Assembly (NCBI GenBank): GCA_030167865.1
Contig: JALAGF010006545.1
Location: 1-52,064, forward strand
Length of the DNA stretch: 52,064 nucleotides
DNA from: Craspedostauros australis
Taxonomy: Eukaryota
Direction of reading: 5' to 3'
The notes under the pieces were generated by a model. It did not search any database. It worked only from the letters and a program-made list of their open reading frames with translations, and was not told where the DNA came from. The stretch's first letter is position 1, and each line of letters opens with the position of its first letter. A program made the translations under genes and the position numbers. Below, in pieces: positions 19,950 through 31,917 of this stretch.

Positions 19950-22900
19950 AATGCGAGTGCATGATGCATGCGGCGTCTGCATACTTCCGATAGATATTAT
20001 ACAACTTACGGAGGGGCAATGGAGGTTCCTTCTTTTTGCCTTCGCGAAACCGAGAGGCAATTGCAGCGATCGAGAAGGTCGAAGTACGTCGCATCGCTGC
20101 GGAAGAAAAGGATATCTTCTGCATCGTCGTTCCGATCTCGTCGCACGGTTTCGTCTGCACACGATGCTCGTGATAGCGAAGCTCATGGCGATGGAATCGT
20201 ATGGTGTGTAACAATCACGTTGCAAGACGACGAGCGCAACTCGAAATCCAATGGTGCGGAAACGGATAGTACTTGCAGAACGCAAAAGAGAAATATTTGA
20301 CGACGCTTGTAAGACGAAACAAGGCGCCTGGAGCGCCCGAAGGCGATCAGGCTTGTAGTAGAATACATAGACTGTCAACATGTATCATGGGCTTACATGT
20401 CCATCACAAGGAAGAGATGAGATCCTATCGATTGTGACATAATACTAGTACTGTTATTTTCGTCCTGCCATGATGCACATGTGGCAACAACAACTCTCAA
20501 GAGTACCATCCCATCAGATGGTTTGCAGCACGGATCCCCACAGAAGCAAGAACGGTATCCATTCCTCTTGGGTGCGATTGCCGGTTCCAGAGAGCCTGGC
20601 GATGACGAAATATCCAAAGTCAACCTCTCACTGGAACGTCGAAAGCATGGCATCACCTTGCAGCGGCAGTTCGTAATCGTTGCCAGCGCGTATGCTGTCA
20701 GATCGCAACAAAGACTCGACACCATCGTTCCTGTTGGCGTAGTGCAGCGGTGGGCAACCGCGGTGGTCTGCTGTGCTGACACTACGACTACAAATGGCAT
20801 TTTCGGCGACCTTCCATTTGCGTGTGGAGGCAGAGTTTGTCTCCACAGACAAGCAGACCCTCATACGGGATATCGGCTTGCTTGAGTACCTCCTCGTGAT
20901 GGACGAAGCCAGGAAAGGTATGGCAATGCAAAACAACAATGACAATACGCTGGTATATTGCTGATCATCAACGAATACGAGGCTATGCTGGGATGCATGG
21001 TCAACAATGAAGTTGATGGACTCGATCTCACAATTCAGAACACAGACGCTGACTCAGCTAGCGTGGCACCACCTTCACCATATTGGCAGTGACACTCACA
21101 TGCATACGTACCAACTCCATGGCGTGCCTGTTGCTGTCATCTCTGGAGAGATTGTGCGGGGGCCAATCGATTTCGAAATGTGACATCAAGGAAGGTGTGG
21201 ACGGTCCCGTCAAGATCGGTGACTTCGAGTTCACAGGGTAGGTCTCCATCCGGTTGCGTGGATCTCTCGAGCAGCGCACCAGTTGCTGTTGGTTGCTCTG
21301 TCTCGCACAAAGATCCTTGCCATTGAAATGATGCGACTCGTCCCGATAAGGATACTGGCGGCATCGCCAATGCCCTTCTTTCTGTTTCGACTCTGGCTTT
21401 GGTTGCGGAGGGGCTTTGAAGTGAAGCGCATCCTCAAAACGCGACTTCCTCCATTTGGACTCGTTACGTCCGATCGTATGGCACGGTATTGGTGAATCGC
21501 GAAACCGTCGTTGGCGCGGCCTTGATCATTGGCTGCTGATGAAGCTGTCGCAAGCAACGTTGATGGTTCTGACCATGAGATGCGACGGTCAATACTGGTC
21601 GGGTACGTCATCGCATCTCACGCTGCCTCCTTCACTCAATCGTTGATGAGGATATCGTGGATGCCGTCGTGTGTGGCACGCGCCCGGTTGGACGCAATGG
21701 AGCCGAGTCAGCCTTTGGACTTCCAGCCGACTGCGGGTACCTTGATACTGTTGTTGTTGCTGCTGTTGCCGACCTTGTAGGTGCTTGCGTCGCTATTACT
21801 GTTGGCGGCATGATCGTTCCGGCATTTCGGCGGAGCGCAATGCGTGTATTGCTTGAAGCTGCTGTTGATGCTGCTCTGTCCTTCGTGCATTCCTCCGATG
21901 TGCATCTGTTGTGCGAGCATGCGCTGGAGAGGCTCTTCAGAATCCTTGTTGGTGACGCTGCCTTCATTCCCATGTTGTGGCGAACTGCCGTTCACGATCA
22001 AAAGACGGCCAACACGCGCACACAGCCAATGTCAATCGAGAAACAGCTTCAACCACGCGTGACACCTGGTCAGCGCCGTGGATGGTTGTTGTTGGCATCA
22101 CGCCATCGAAGTCTCTGGCAGTTGGTTGGTTCCTCGCTGAGGCAAACAAGTTCAAGGAGCATCGTCTGCGTGCTTGATGCGAACGGTCATCTCCTTGCTC
22201 GAAGAGGAATGGTGCTCGTGTGCAGAAGCGAATTGACATTCCACGTGGGGCGCAAGGTGAAGCAGATGGTGTTGTGGCCATTGCTGAATCCTAGTCTTGC
22301 TTGTGACCATAGGCCCGTTGCGAGGGCGGCTTTGTCTGTGCAACCGAACAACGTATTTAGCTCTGCCGATAGATCACGCCTGCGTGGGTGTTGAAGTCGT
22401 CTTTTCCTTGATTCTCGCCCAGCGCATTTCGTTTGCAGATGGTGACGTTCGTCAAGGGAGAGTATGGTGGACCACGCAAACAACTTGGCGCTGTTACTCT
22501 CTTGAGTAGAATACGTTACTATGTACCTGCCACTACTATTCTACAGTAGACACAATTCGCTCGCGTTCTGCACGATGTTGTTGTGCCCAATGGGTCTCAT
22601 CCAGCGAGCGTCAATCAACCACAGCAAATCGTGACCTGCGCTGTGTCCTCTTCCACGTACTATTAATTACGGAGGACGAAAAAGTTTTGGCGGTCATCGT
22701 GGTTTGATGTGACGCAGGGACACACACGAAGAAGTGAAATGCTACTGAAGGCGGAACAGCTGATCCTGAGTGCCGTATCGGAATTGTCGTTGCACAGTGA
22801 GAAGGTGCGGGCTGTATCGCAAGGAGGGGAAACAGCGAGAACAAAATAAACCACGACAAGTACCGTTGAAGGCGGGCGCAACACGGCGTGAAGTACTGCA

Positions 22901-23469
22901 CACTATCGACCATGGGCCACGGCGAAACAGAGAAAGCACGAGCACGGCATCGCAGTAGGCGGAGTCGGTTCTATCAGCGGCAACTGCGTAACGAGAGGAG
23001 AGAGCGCGGGCAGTTGTTGGTGTCCCTCATGAGAAACCAACAGAAGGCAACCGCCCTGAGGCGAAGGAGCCACAGCCACAACAGCAACCACTGCAGCAAC
23101 CGCATCCTCGATCCACCACTCTCTCTGGGGCACAATCCGTGTACTGCACTGCAACAACCCCAACGACAGTAACCAGATCAACGAGGCAAAGCCAGAAGGC
23201 ATCCGCAACAATAACATCCATCATACTCAACCCTACTCAACCCTACTCTACTCTGCATACTGCTGGTGCTGCTGGTCCTACGAGTAGGAACATCACCAGC
23301 ATTGACAAGCTCCATCAACAGGCAACGCAGAAGAGGAGAGTGAAGTGAAGTCAAGTGAAGTCAAGTGAAGTCGAATACTCCACGTGCTCCACGTACTCCG
23401 CCATCCTCCGTTGCATTAGCCCTCCCTCGTTGAGCACCTTCACATAGCTCGTATAATACCATACGAATA

Positions 23470-23556
23470 CGATCTGTTATACAACGATCTGTTATACAGC
23501 GATCTGCTATACAACGATCTGCTATACAACGATCTGTTATACAACGATCTGTCATA
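23470..23556 (+). repeat. 15-nt minisatellite CGATCTG(T/C)TATACA(A/G), 5 full copies plus a partial copy
   Basis: Units start at 23470, 23485, 23500, 23515, 23530 and 23545; the array ends 3 nt before the ATG at 23560. Confidence 0.95.
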
Positions 23557-23559
23557 GTC

Positions 23560-26500
23560 ATGCAGCAGCACACCATGAAGCCAAAGCGCAACAGCAGCAA
23601 CAACGGCGAAGACGCCGACGATGACGCCGACGATGCCGCGGACATCGAGAACGCGCGGCAGAGGGTGGAAGTCAGCGTCGACTTCCGCGCACCGCCGCAG
23701 CGCGATGAGATCAGCGACATCCACGACCAGCACAGCGACGGCGGCGCCTCGTGGATCGGCAGGGTCTTCGAATCGGGCAAGGCTCGCAAGCGCGGTCACG
23801 CGCGTCGGCGCCGTCGCAAGTCGTCGCGCAGCGGAGATCTCGTGGGCCTCGTCGACACGGTCGAGAGCTACGGACAGGTGCAGCCCGACACGAACAGCCG
23901 CCGCCATCGTCCCACCCTCATCTCGCACGTTCCGCTCGTGGACCTGTTCCGCGAACAGCGGGACCATGCGAGGCTGCGACGCCAGACGTCCAGCTTGTCG
24001 AGCCAGATCCATGGGGGCACGCGCCACAAGCCCGGCGGCAGCAAGTTCGGCATTGATCATTATTCCGATGCCGTCTCGCGCACATCGAGGCGCCGCCACA
24101 TCCTCGACGCGGCCGGCATCTCGCCCACCTCCTTCCAGGCGCGTTCCGTCGCCTTGTTGCGGTGGGCAGTGATCATTGTCTGGCTGACGGCGGCCTGCAT
24201 CATCAGTCTCGTTCTCGTCAAGAGGTACGCCGAGGGCAAGGAGGAGGATGAGTTCCAGTTCCAGTTCAAGGCCAACGCTGACAAGCTGGTCAACAGCTTC
24301 CGAACCTCCACGGACAACCGCTTGAACGCCGTCAACGCCTTGGCCACCTACATCACCGTCTTCGCTCGAGAGACCAGCGTGGAGTTTCCATTCGTCACGC
24401 TGCCAGGTTTCGTCATGGCCGGTGCGAATACCCGCATCTCCGCAGAATCCATCGTCGTCTCCTGGTTGCCCCTGATCACGGATGCCAACCGGGAACGGTG
24501 GGAAGCCTACGCCTACACCAGAAGGTTCCACGCCAACAGGGCCCTCAAGCAAGATACATTCTTTCGCAAGCAGCAGGATATCGAGCACGGTTACCTCGAT
24601 GCCGAACAGGGCGCCAAGGAGCTGGCCAAGTACGCAAGCTACGCGGAGGACGTATACGTCAATCCTCCCCTGGAAAACGTCACGGTCATCAACAACACCG
24701 TCAGGGACGGGACCTCCTACCATCCCCAGATTTGGGGAAGCAGAGATGGCGATGCTCCCAGACCAAAAGGATCCGGCCCGTATCTCGTCACGTGGCAGCG
24801 CTCACCGGCCAGCAACTTCATGCAGTTTGGGCTGAACACCGATGCTGCCACGAATCCTATCCGACGCGGCGTTGTTGGTCACATCCTCAATCAGAAGAAA
24901 CCCGGCATCCTCTTCCATCCTTCGTCGTTTCCACGACCAGAAACTGTTGCATTTGCCAACCAAACCATACAGCAATCGCAATATCGGCACGACGGTGAGG
25001 CCTATCTCGGCGATCCAGCGGCCGTGGTCTCCTACCCCATCTACGACGATTATGGCAAGGGCAATTTCATCGGGGTGTTGTCGTTGACCTTGTACTGGAG
25101 ACTCTTCTTCATCAACATCCTGCCACGCAACGCCAAAGGATACATCTGCGTCCTGCAAAACAAATTCAACCAGACGCTCATCTACAGAGTGGACGCTGAT
25201 CAAGCGCGATTCATCAGAAGCGTTCCACCAGACGAAGTCGATAGCCTGAGCTTTGGCTTCGACGACATGGTCGTCACGTCGGAGATCGGCATGGACGACA
25301 GAGCCAACGCACGATCAAAGGTGGAGACGCAAGCCTACACCACGCTCCCCATCGACACCGACTACAACACCTACACCATCCGCATCTACCCCACGCAGGA
25401 AACGTTCGACGTCTACAAAACGGACGATCCCATCTTCTACACCTCCCTCGTCGCCGGGATCTTCGCTGTGGCGGCCATGGTCTTCCTGGCCTACGACTTC
25501 TGCGTGCAGAAGCGACAGCAGCTCATCGCCTCCAAGGCCATCGAGAATGCACAAAAGGCGGCGGCGGCCGAGCGCGATCTCAACGAGTACATCGCGCACG
25601 AGGTCCGCAATCCCTTATCGGCAGCCCTCAGCGCCTGCAGCTTCGTCGACTCGGCCGTCAACGAGGTGCGTCCTTTGTCCGACGACGAGTCCAAGCAGCT
25701 CGTGCGCGAAGATGTGCAAATCATCAACTCCTCCTTGACCTTCGTCAACGAGCTCTTGCGCAACCTGCTGGATCTGCATCGTGCCACGGATCGGCAGATT
25801 CGAATTCGCAAACGGCAGACGGATATCTTCGAGGAAGTGTTGCGTCCCGTGGCGTCCATCTTGTATCGTCGCGATGCGAGTTACGAGCTGATCGTGGAGT
25901 GCTGTCCGAGGCAGCTGCTCGTGGATACGGACTGTCTGCGTTTGAAGCAGGTGCTGTTGAATTTGGGTCGCAACGCGTCCAAGTTTGTGGAGGGCGGGTT
26001 TCTGCGTTTGCGAGCGGAGATCGAAGGGGAGGACGATGCTGCTGCTGTTGGTGGTGACGGTGGTGGTCGCACTGATGGTGGCAATGGAGGGACAGACGCC
26101 AACATGAACTTGGACAGCACGATGGATGGGAGGGGGCAACTGGGTCGTTCCGTGAAGATATACGTGGAGGACTCAGGTCCTGGCATTCCAGCGGAGAATC
26201 GTAAGCATCTCTTCTCCAAGTTCAAGGAAAGTCTGGATGTGGCCACGCAAGGGGCTGGGATTGGGCCGTGTCTCTGCAAGAATCTCATGGACATCATGGG
26301 AGGTGACATCAGTCTGGATGAAACGTACGACAGCGGTGTTCCGGGCAGGCCAGGAACACGCTTCGTCATCGATTTGAAGGAGATGCCATCGGAGCCGCCG
26401 AATGCGCAAGGCACAAACCGCACGGCCGGGACAGGTGGGGCCGCTGGCAACACACAGAAGCCTGCACGATCTGTTGCGTTCGCCCCTCTTCATCCATCCG

Positions 26501-27747
26501 AAGCCATCGAAACGCCGGCAACGGGTCCACATGGGGGGACGGAGGCCATGCCTCAAGAATCAACTGACAAGACGGAGATCGATACTGGCAAAGGAAGCAC
26601 CGACGGCTTGTACAGCGGGGATGGGGATGACAACGACGACGATCGACACTCGATCGTGTTGACATCACCCGTCACATGTGATGCCTTCCAGGACTTGGGC
26701 TCGAGTTCGCACAGCAAACGGCGCACCATGAAACGCAGCTACTCGAATCTGTCTTCCTTGTCTAACGAGCCGATCGACGAAGGCTTTGAGGATGAGACGA
26801 GCAGCGGAGGGAATTCGGGATTGACGCCTGTGCTATCTCTAGGGGACGAAGAAATGCGTGACATATCCGGTTCGACCAGCACCGAGCCAGGCAGTGCTGA
26901 CAAGGGCAGTGAGGGAGCTGCTGCTTCACCTTCCAAGCAGCAACAGCAGCATGAAGAGCAGCAGGGTGATCCGGGGACAGATGTGGCAACGCCTCAGACT
27001 GTGGTCACTGGGAGTGCGAATACTGCAGACGCTGACGACGCGGCCCAGCAAGCGATGTCACCAGGCCAGTCCATCTTCGCAAGTCAATCGCCGCAGCATC
27101 CCTCCAAGTCCCTGTCATCAAGTGATCTCGTTCAGTCCGCGCTTCTGGGCAACTCGGACAGTTCAGGCTTGCTAGAGGCATCGCTGTCGTTTGACCAGGA
27201 ACCTCCAACGAGTCCTCGGTCACTGCCCGCAATTCCTCTGTCGCCATCACAAAATGTCGACGTCTCTGATACCAAAACGACGAATGAGGAACATGACGAC
27301 GCAGCAGACAAGAAGGACGACGAAACTAGCGAAAAACAACGCAGCGATTCAGTGCCGACCGACGAGCTCCCGGAGAAGCTGTCCGTTCTGTTCGTTGACG
27401 ACGACAAGGTGCTGCGCAAGCTCTTCGGACGCTGCGTGAAACGAGCATTCCCCGATTGGACGGTGAAGGAAGCACCCGACGGCGAAACGGCGTTGCAGAT
27501 GGCTGACAAGGGACTTCACGATTTGATCTTCATGGACCAGTACATGTCGACGGCGGAAAAGAAGCTGCTCGGCACGGAGACGGTGGAGGAAATGAGACGG
27601 CGCGGCATCACGAGCAAGATCTGCGGTCTGTCGGCCAATGATGTTGGTGAGGCATTCTCTGCGGCGGGCGCAGACGCCTTCATCTGCAAGCCGTTGTCGT
27701 TTGACAAGGCCCGGTTGCAAGAGCAGATTAAATGGATCATGTCGTGA
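23560..27747 (+). CDS. Membrane-bound hybrid sensor histidine kinase (TM-sensor-TM-HisKA-HATPase-linker-REC)
   Basis: Two TM helices flank a CHASE-like region. H-box EYIAHEVRNPL (His 25597-25599), N-box QVLLNLGRNASKF, G1 VEDSGPGI, F-box LFSKF, G2 GAGIGP. Receiver VLFVDDD...LIFMDQYM...GLSAND...FICKP. Confidence 0.93.
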   Translation: MQQHTMKPKRNSSNNGEDADDDADDAADIENARQRVEVSVDFRAPPQRDEISDIHDQHSDGGASWIGRVFESGKARKRGHARRRRRKSSRSGDLVGLVDTVESYGQVQPDTNSRRHRPTLISHVPLVDLFREQRDHARLRRQTSSLSSQIHGGTRHKPGGSKFGIDHYSDAVSRTSRRRHILDAAGISPTSFQARSVALLRWAVIIVWLTAACIISLVLVKRYAEGKEEDEFQFQFKANADKLVNSFRTSTDNRLNAVNALATYITVFARETSVEFPFVTLPGFVMAGANTRISAESIVVSWLPLITDANRERWEAYAYTRRFHANRALKQDTFFRKQQDIEHGYLDAEQGAKELAKYASYAEDVYVNPPLENVTVINNTVRDGTSYHPQIWGSRDGDAPRPKGSGPYLVTWQRSPASNFMQFGLNTDAATNPIRRGVVGHILNQKKPGILFHPSSFPRPETVAFANQTIQQSQYRHDGEAYLGDPAAVVSYPIYDDYGKGNFIGVLSLTLYWRLFFINILPRNAKGYICVLQNKFNQTLIYRVDADQARFIRSVPPDEVDSLSFGFDDMVVTSEIGMDDRANARSKVETQAYTTLPIDTDYNTYTIRIYPTQETFDVYKTDDPIFYTSLVAGIFAVAAMVFLAYDFCVQKRQQLIASKAIENAQKAAAAERDLNEYIAHEVRNPLSAALSACSFVDSAVNEVRPLSDDESKQLVREDVQIINSSLTFVNELLRNLLDLHRATDRQIRIRKRQTDIFEEVLRPVASILYRRDASYELIVECCPRQLLVDTDCLRLKQVLLNLGRNASKFVEGGFLRLRAEIEGEDDAAAVGGDGGGRTDGGNGGTDANMNLDSTMDGRGQLGRSVKIYVEDSGPGIPAENRKHLFSKFKESLDVATQGAGIGPCLCKNLMDIMGGDISLDETYDSGVPGRPGTRFVIDLKEMPSEPPNAQGTNRTAGTGGAAGNTQKPARSVAFAPLHPSEAIETPATGPHGGTEAMPQESTDKTEIDTGKGSTDGLYSGDGDDNDDDRHSIVLTSPVTCDAFQDLGSSSHSKRRTMKRSYSNLSSLSNEPIDEGFEDETSSGGNSGLTPVLSLGDEEMRDISGSTSTEPGSADKGSEGAAASPSKQQQQHEEQQGDPGTDVATPQTVVTGSANTADADDAAQQAMSPGQSIFASQSPQHPSKSLSSSDLVQSALLGNSDSSGLLEASLSFDQEPPTSPRSLPAIPLSPSQNVDVSDTKTTNEEHDDAADKKDDETSEKQRSDSVPTDELPEKLSVLFVDDDKVLRKLFGRCVKRAFPDWTVKEAPDGETALQMADKGLHDLIFMDQYMSTAEKKLLGTETVEEMRRRGITSKICGLSANDVGEAFSAAGADAFICKPLSFDKARLQEQIKWIMS

Positions 27748-27839
27748 GGGGGCTGTGGACACAGTAGTAGAGAGATTAGCAACAACTCGATTCTTCATCT
27801 GATTGGTCTATGGATTATGTACGATCGTACCAAAACTGG

Positions 27840-30782
27840 TCATGTGGATTTTCGTTTCGATTTCGATGTTTTCTTGGTGCTGCGCTTCGATTTCTTCGTC
27901 GAAACCGAGACATCATCTGATTTCTTCTTCTTCTTGGAGGACTTCGTCGTCTTGCGTGTTGTATCGTATTGCTGAACTTGCTGCCTCTTCTGAAGTTCCG
28001 ACAATTCGTCTTGTAAAATTGGTGATTGCTTCGGCGATTTGGAGAGCTTGCGGCGCGGCGGATCCGGCGTCATGGTGGCTGCTGTCGAATGCGTGGAGGT
28101 GCTGCGATCGTGCTTGATGGATGCCCTGCGTCCGTCCGATGGGGCAAAGTAGCTGATGCTGTGGCGTTTCTTGGCCGTCAGCGACGACGATCGTCGTTCG
28201 CCCGACGGATCTCTGCTACGTCGCGACGCTCGTCGCGAGGATACGGATGAATCGCGTGGTGACTTGCGTCGCGACGATGACGACACGGACGAATCGCGGC
28301 GTGGCTTCTTCTTTGATTTCTTGGGCTTCTTGGAAGTCTTTGCCAACGCCGGCAACGAGACGCACGTGCGATCCATGGCAGAATGCGATGATGAGGACGA
28401 TGACGACGACAGCTTGTCGGCCAACGTTTTCTTCTTGGGCCGCGTGGGAACGTACATAACACGACGACCCGACTTTTCCGGTTGCCTTGCATCATCGGAC
28501 GACGAGGCATGCTGGATCTGCGACGCCGTCGGTGGTTGCAAGGCGCCGTAGGAGTAGTTCAATCGCGGCGAGGCGTATTCATCCGTCATGATATCGCCAT
28601 CATCCATGGACAAGGCCGGCTGCGGTCGGAATGGCGCCAACGATGGCAGCAATCGCGCCGGCGGATCCTTGGGCGCGCTGTCATCGAACACGGGCGGTGG
28701 CAAAACAGCGGCAGGCACGATGGCGGATTTCTTCTTGCGAGGCGAGGCGGAGCGCACGAGCAATTGCGACAGGATGTTCTTCTTCTTCTTGCGCGAGGAC
28801 GAGGACGTGCTGGCCGCATCCGACGAGGCCTTCTTGGACGAGGAATCGGACGACGACGACTTTTTGGAAGACTTCTTTGATTTCTTCTTGTTCTTTTTGG
28901 CTGGCATGGTGGAGACGGATCGATCCGCCGAAGATTTGCTCTTTTTGGACGACTTCTTCTTGGTGGTGGCAACCGGACTGTCGTTTGTGATGATGGTGGC
29001 AGTGTTGGGCATGGACTGGATGGAGCGATCCGACGACCCCTGATGCTGCAGCAGCAACTCCGTTGGCTCGTAGGGAATCGCCATGGATTCTGGCAACAAG
29101 AGGGACAGATTGAACTCTTCCGACGGCGTGCGCACTTGCACGCGCTTGCGACGCTTGGAAGGGCTCGTGCGATTGTGCAAGGACAGGAGGATGGGTTTGA
29201 TGGGTTTGGATCGATGGTCCGATTGGATGGCACCCGGCATGAGGCTCTTGCGGCGCAGCGATCTGCCGTGGTCGCTGTTGTTGGCAATGTTGTGAGTGGA
29301 CATGGGCGGAAGGCTGGGGATGCGCCTGAAGGTTCCCGGCATGCGGATCGATGGCTCCTCCTCCGACGCGATGGAGTTGGAATCGTCATGTAGATCATCC
29401 TCGAAGGACGGCATGCGGCGCGGCGGTCTGGGCGGAGATCCGTGCAATGGGACATGATGCTGCAGATGGGGATGATGATGCACGGCCGTGTCGCTGTCGA
29501 TGCTGTTCTGGCGTTCCAGCATGGACAGGCTCTGCATGCTCTCGTCGCCCAGCGACTTGTCGTCGTCGTCTTCGTGTGGCGGCGGGTGGTTGAAATGCAA
29601 GCTGTCGTGGATGTCGGAGGCCGTGGACAGGAGACTGCGCGTGCTGTCCAATGCTCTGTTGGAGGGTTTGGCCGTCACGACGGTGCTGTCCTCGTCGTGC
29701 GTGGATTCGTCGAGGGTCTTGGCGACGCTGGCCCGCAACCGGCGACGCACGACGGACAATGGCACATCGACGGACTTGCTGCGGGTCCTATTGGCCTTGG
29801 TCCTTGTGCGCGGCGCGTCCTCCCATCTCGCGTTGCCCTTGAGCAGCGTCGTGTCGGGCCTGGGAACGCCGTGCTCGCTCTTGGACAATGGCGAGGTGCG
29901 CTTGGGCGGCAGCGGCGGTTTGGACAGGGTGGTGAAGCTCTGATGCAGCGGTCCGTTGGTGGTGGCCTTCCACGCGGACGTGAAGGAGCGCTGGCTGCTG
30001 TTGGAGGTGCTGCGCGTGGACTCGCTGGGTTGCTTCAATGGCGCGTCGTGCGCGTTCTTCTTGAACTGTCGCGACGACGTGGATTCGGAGGCCGTGGAGG
30101 CCGTGCCCATGCTGCCGTTGGCCACATGCAGCGGACTGAGCATGTCCACGCTGGCCGCCCGCTTCGTCTCGTCGTCGTGCAGCGTGTCGTCGAGGTCGAG
30201 GTCGGCGTTAAGATCCGACTGCCGGAAGAGGCTGGGATGCCGCCTGTGGCTGTCGGAGTTGTTGCTGATGCGGATGGGCTTCACTGGGGTGGAGTCCGTC
30301 TCGTCCTCGATGATGATGTCGTCGTCGCCGTCGTCCATCTCCACGCGTATGCCGTCTGCCGATGGATACGAGTGCCGCGTCCGAGCGCTCTTGTGTTTGT
30401 GCTTATGTTTGTGTTCGTGCTTGTGGTTGCTCATGACGAAGGTGGAGCCGCTAGTGAAAGATTCCGAGCTGTTGTTGTGGCTGTGGCTATGGCTGTCGCT
30501 ATGGCTGTTGCTATGGCTGTTGCTATGGCTGGCAGACGTGCCGACGCTCTTGGACTCTGATCGCAGGCTCATACTGCACGATTCCAGCGCCGACGCGGCC
30601 ATGGTTGATTGTGTCTGCTTCTCTTGTGAAGTTCTTTGCTGGACTTCTCTGGTGGCAGTTCTGTGCCTTTTCTTGTTTGTCTTCTTGCTTGTCTTCTTCT
30701 TGGTCATCTTCTCAGTGTTGCTAGCAATGGCAATGGCAATGGCAATGGCAACAGTGGTACTCCGCTGCACTCCACCCTGCAT
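27840..30782 (-). CDS. Long S/K/R-rich intrinsically disordered hypothetical protein
   Basis: 980-codon ORF with coding-like codon bias; start may be 30707 or 30602; no globular domain recognised. Confidence 0.7.
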   Translation of the reverse strand: MQGGVQRSTTVAIAIAIAIASNTEKMTKKKTSKKTNKKRHRTATREVQQRTSQEKQTQSTMAASALESCSMSLRSESKSVGTSASHSNSHSNSHSDSHSHSHNNSSESFTSGSTFVMSNHKHEHKHKHKHKSARTRHSYPSADGIRVEMDDGDDDIIIEDETDSTPVKPIRISNNSDSHRRHPSLFRQSDLNADLDLDDTLHDDETKRAASVDMLSPLHVANGSMGTASTASESTSSRQFKKNAHDAPLKQPSESTRSTSNSSQRSFTSAWKATTNGPLHQSFTTLSKPPLPPKRTSPLSKSEHGVPRPDTTLLKGNARWEDAPRTRTKANRTRSKSVDVPLSVVRRRLRASVAKTLDESTHDEDSTVVTAKPSNRALDSTRSLLSTASDIHDSLHFNHPPPHEDDDDKSLGDESMQSLSMLERQNSIDSDTAVHHHPHLQHHVPLHGSPPRPPRRMPSFEDDLHDDSNSIASEEEPSIRMPGTFRRIPSLPPMSTHNIANNSDHGRSLRRKSLMPGAIQSDHRSKPIKPILLSLHNRTSPSKRRKRVQVRTPSEEFNLSLLLPESMAIPYEPTELLLQHQGSSDRSIQSMPNTATIITNDSPVATTKKKSSKKSKSSADRSVSTMPAKKNKKKSKKSSKKSSSSDSSSKKASSDAASTSSSSRKKKKNILSQLLVRSASPRKKKSAIVPAAVLPPPVFDDSAPKDPPARLLPSLAPFRPQPALSMDDGDIMTDEYASPRLNYSYGALQPPTASQIQHASSSDDARQPEKSGRRVMYVPTRPKKKTLADKLSSSSSSSSHSAMDRTCVSLPALAKTSKKPKKSKKKPRRDSSVSSSSRRKSPRDSSVSSRRASRRSRDPSGERRSSSLTAKKRHSISYFAPSDGRRASIKHDRSTSTHSTAATMTPDPPRRKLSKSPKQSPILQDELSELQKRQQVQQYDTTRKTTKSSKKKKKSDDVSVSTKKSKRSTKKTSKSKRKST

Positions 30783-31917
30783 TGCTCGATGCGACTCTCA
30801 CGCTCCTTCGCTGACGCTCTTCCTTCGACTCAAGGTCTTGGGAAGTGTTCTGCTATTCCTATCCCCAGTGGGCCAATCAATCGATCCTCCCAAGGCACAT
30901 GTCTGATGGCAACGAGCAACAACCCAGGCAAATAGCAGAGCAGAGTCGGGCATACCAATACCTTGCATGTTACTCGTACTCTGTGTGTGACGCAAATACA
31001 ACAGATCCAGGGACGAAAACAAGAGCCACGACCACAACATACGTAGTATGGCGATTCCGCGTAACGCGGGCAATGTCTGCGGGAGAAAACCGCCTGTTCC
31101 AATACCTTAAGTGGAATGCTGCCAAATTTGTCGCAAGAATATCCATTACTCTGCCCATTGACATTTATGGTGGGTCTTTTCCGTTCGAACTTTATCGGGG
31201 TTCCGTCGCTGTGTCTGGGATCACGCTGATTCACAACGTTGGCGCGCTGTCTTGGCAACATGTGGTCCAGTAACGGAATGAATCCATTTCGGTGGCGCCA
31301 AGCACAGTTATGGTGCATTGTTCGAGTGAGCCTCGTATCATCACAAAGATGCAATACCAGTGGACTCCCCTCCCCGTCTACTCAACGACATACCAACCAA
31401 ACGCATCTTGAGGACTCTACAATCCATTCTATTATAATCCATTGGATTCTATCGCAATACCATACATGCTATACCATAGAATACATGTTATACAATGCCA
31501 ATACACCACTGCACCAACCTCCTCCTTCCTTCCCCATCCCCGTCTGCGTTCGGAACATGTCCAACATCGGACAAAAGACACGAACATGTGCGGTATCACT
31601 GGCATTCGTGCGAGTGATGCTTTTGGCGGGCAACGTTTGTCATGAGTCGGTTCCCGCATGACTCATTAGACTAAAGGCAACGAGAATGCGAACCCTTCCG
31701 AAAAGGGAAGGCTTGATTTGATGCGATGCATCTGTCGCCAAGGCGCTCTTGCGTGGGAAGTCCATTGAGAAAGTGCTGCCAGCACAACAAAGGTGTCCAT
31801 CGCATGGAGCATGTCCGGGCTTCCTTCCTTCGTTCGTGACAAGCCCGGAGCGCAATGTACTTGCGCTTGTCTTGATGACATTGATCGCACTTGTGTTTGT
31901 CTTGATGGCATTGACTG

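Noticed and set aside
23470..23556. CRISPR-like array, or a coding DRCIT repeat on the minus strand
   Set aside because: Head-to-tail units without spacers in a eukaryotic context; the peptide repeat is simply a translation of the minisatellite.
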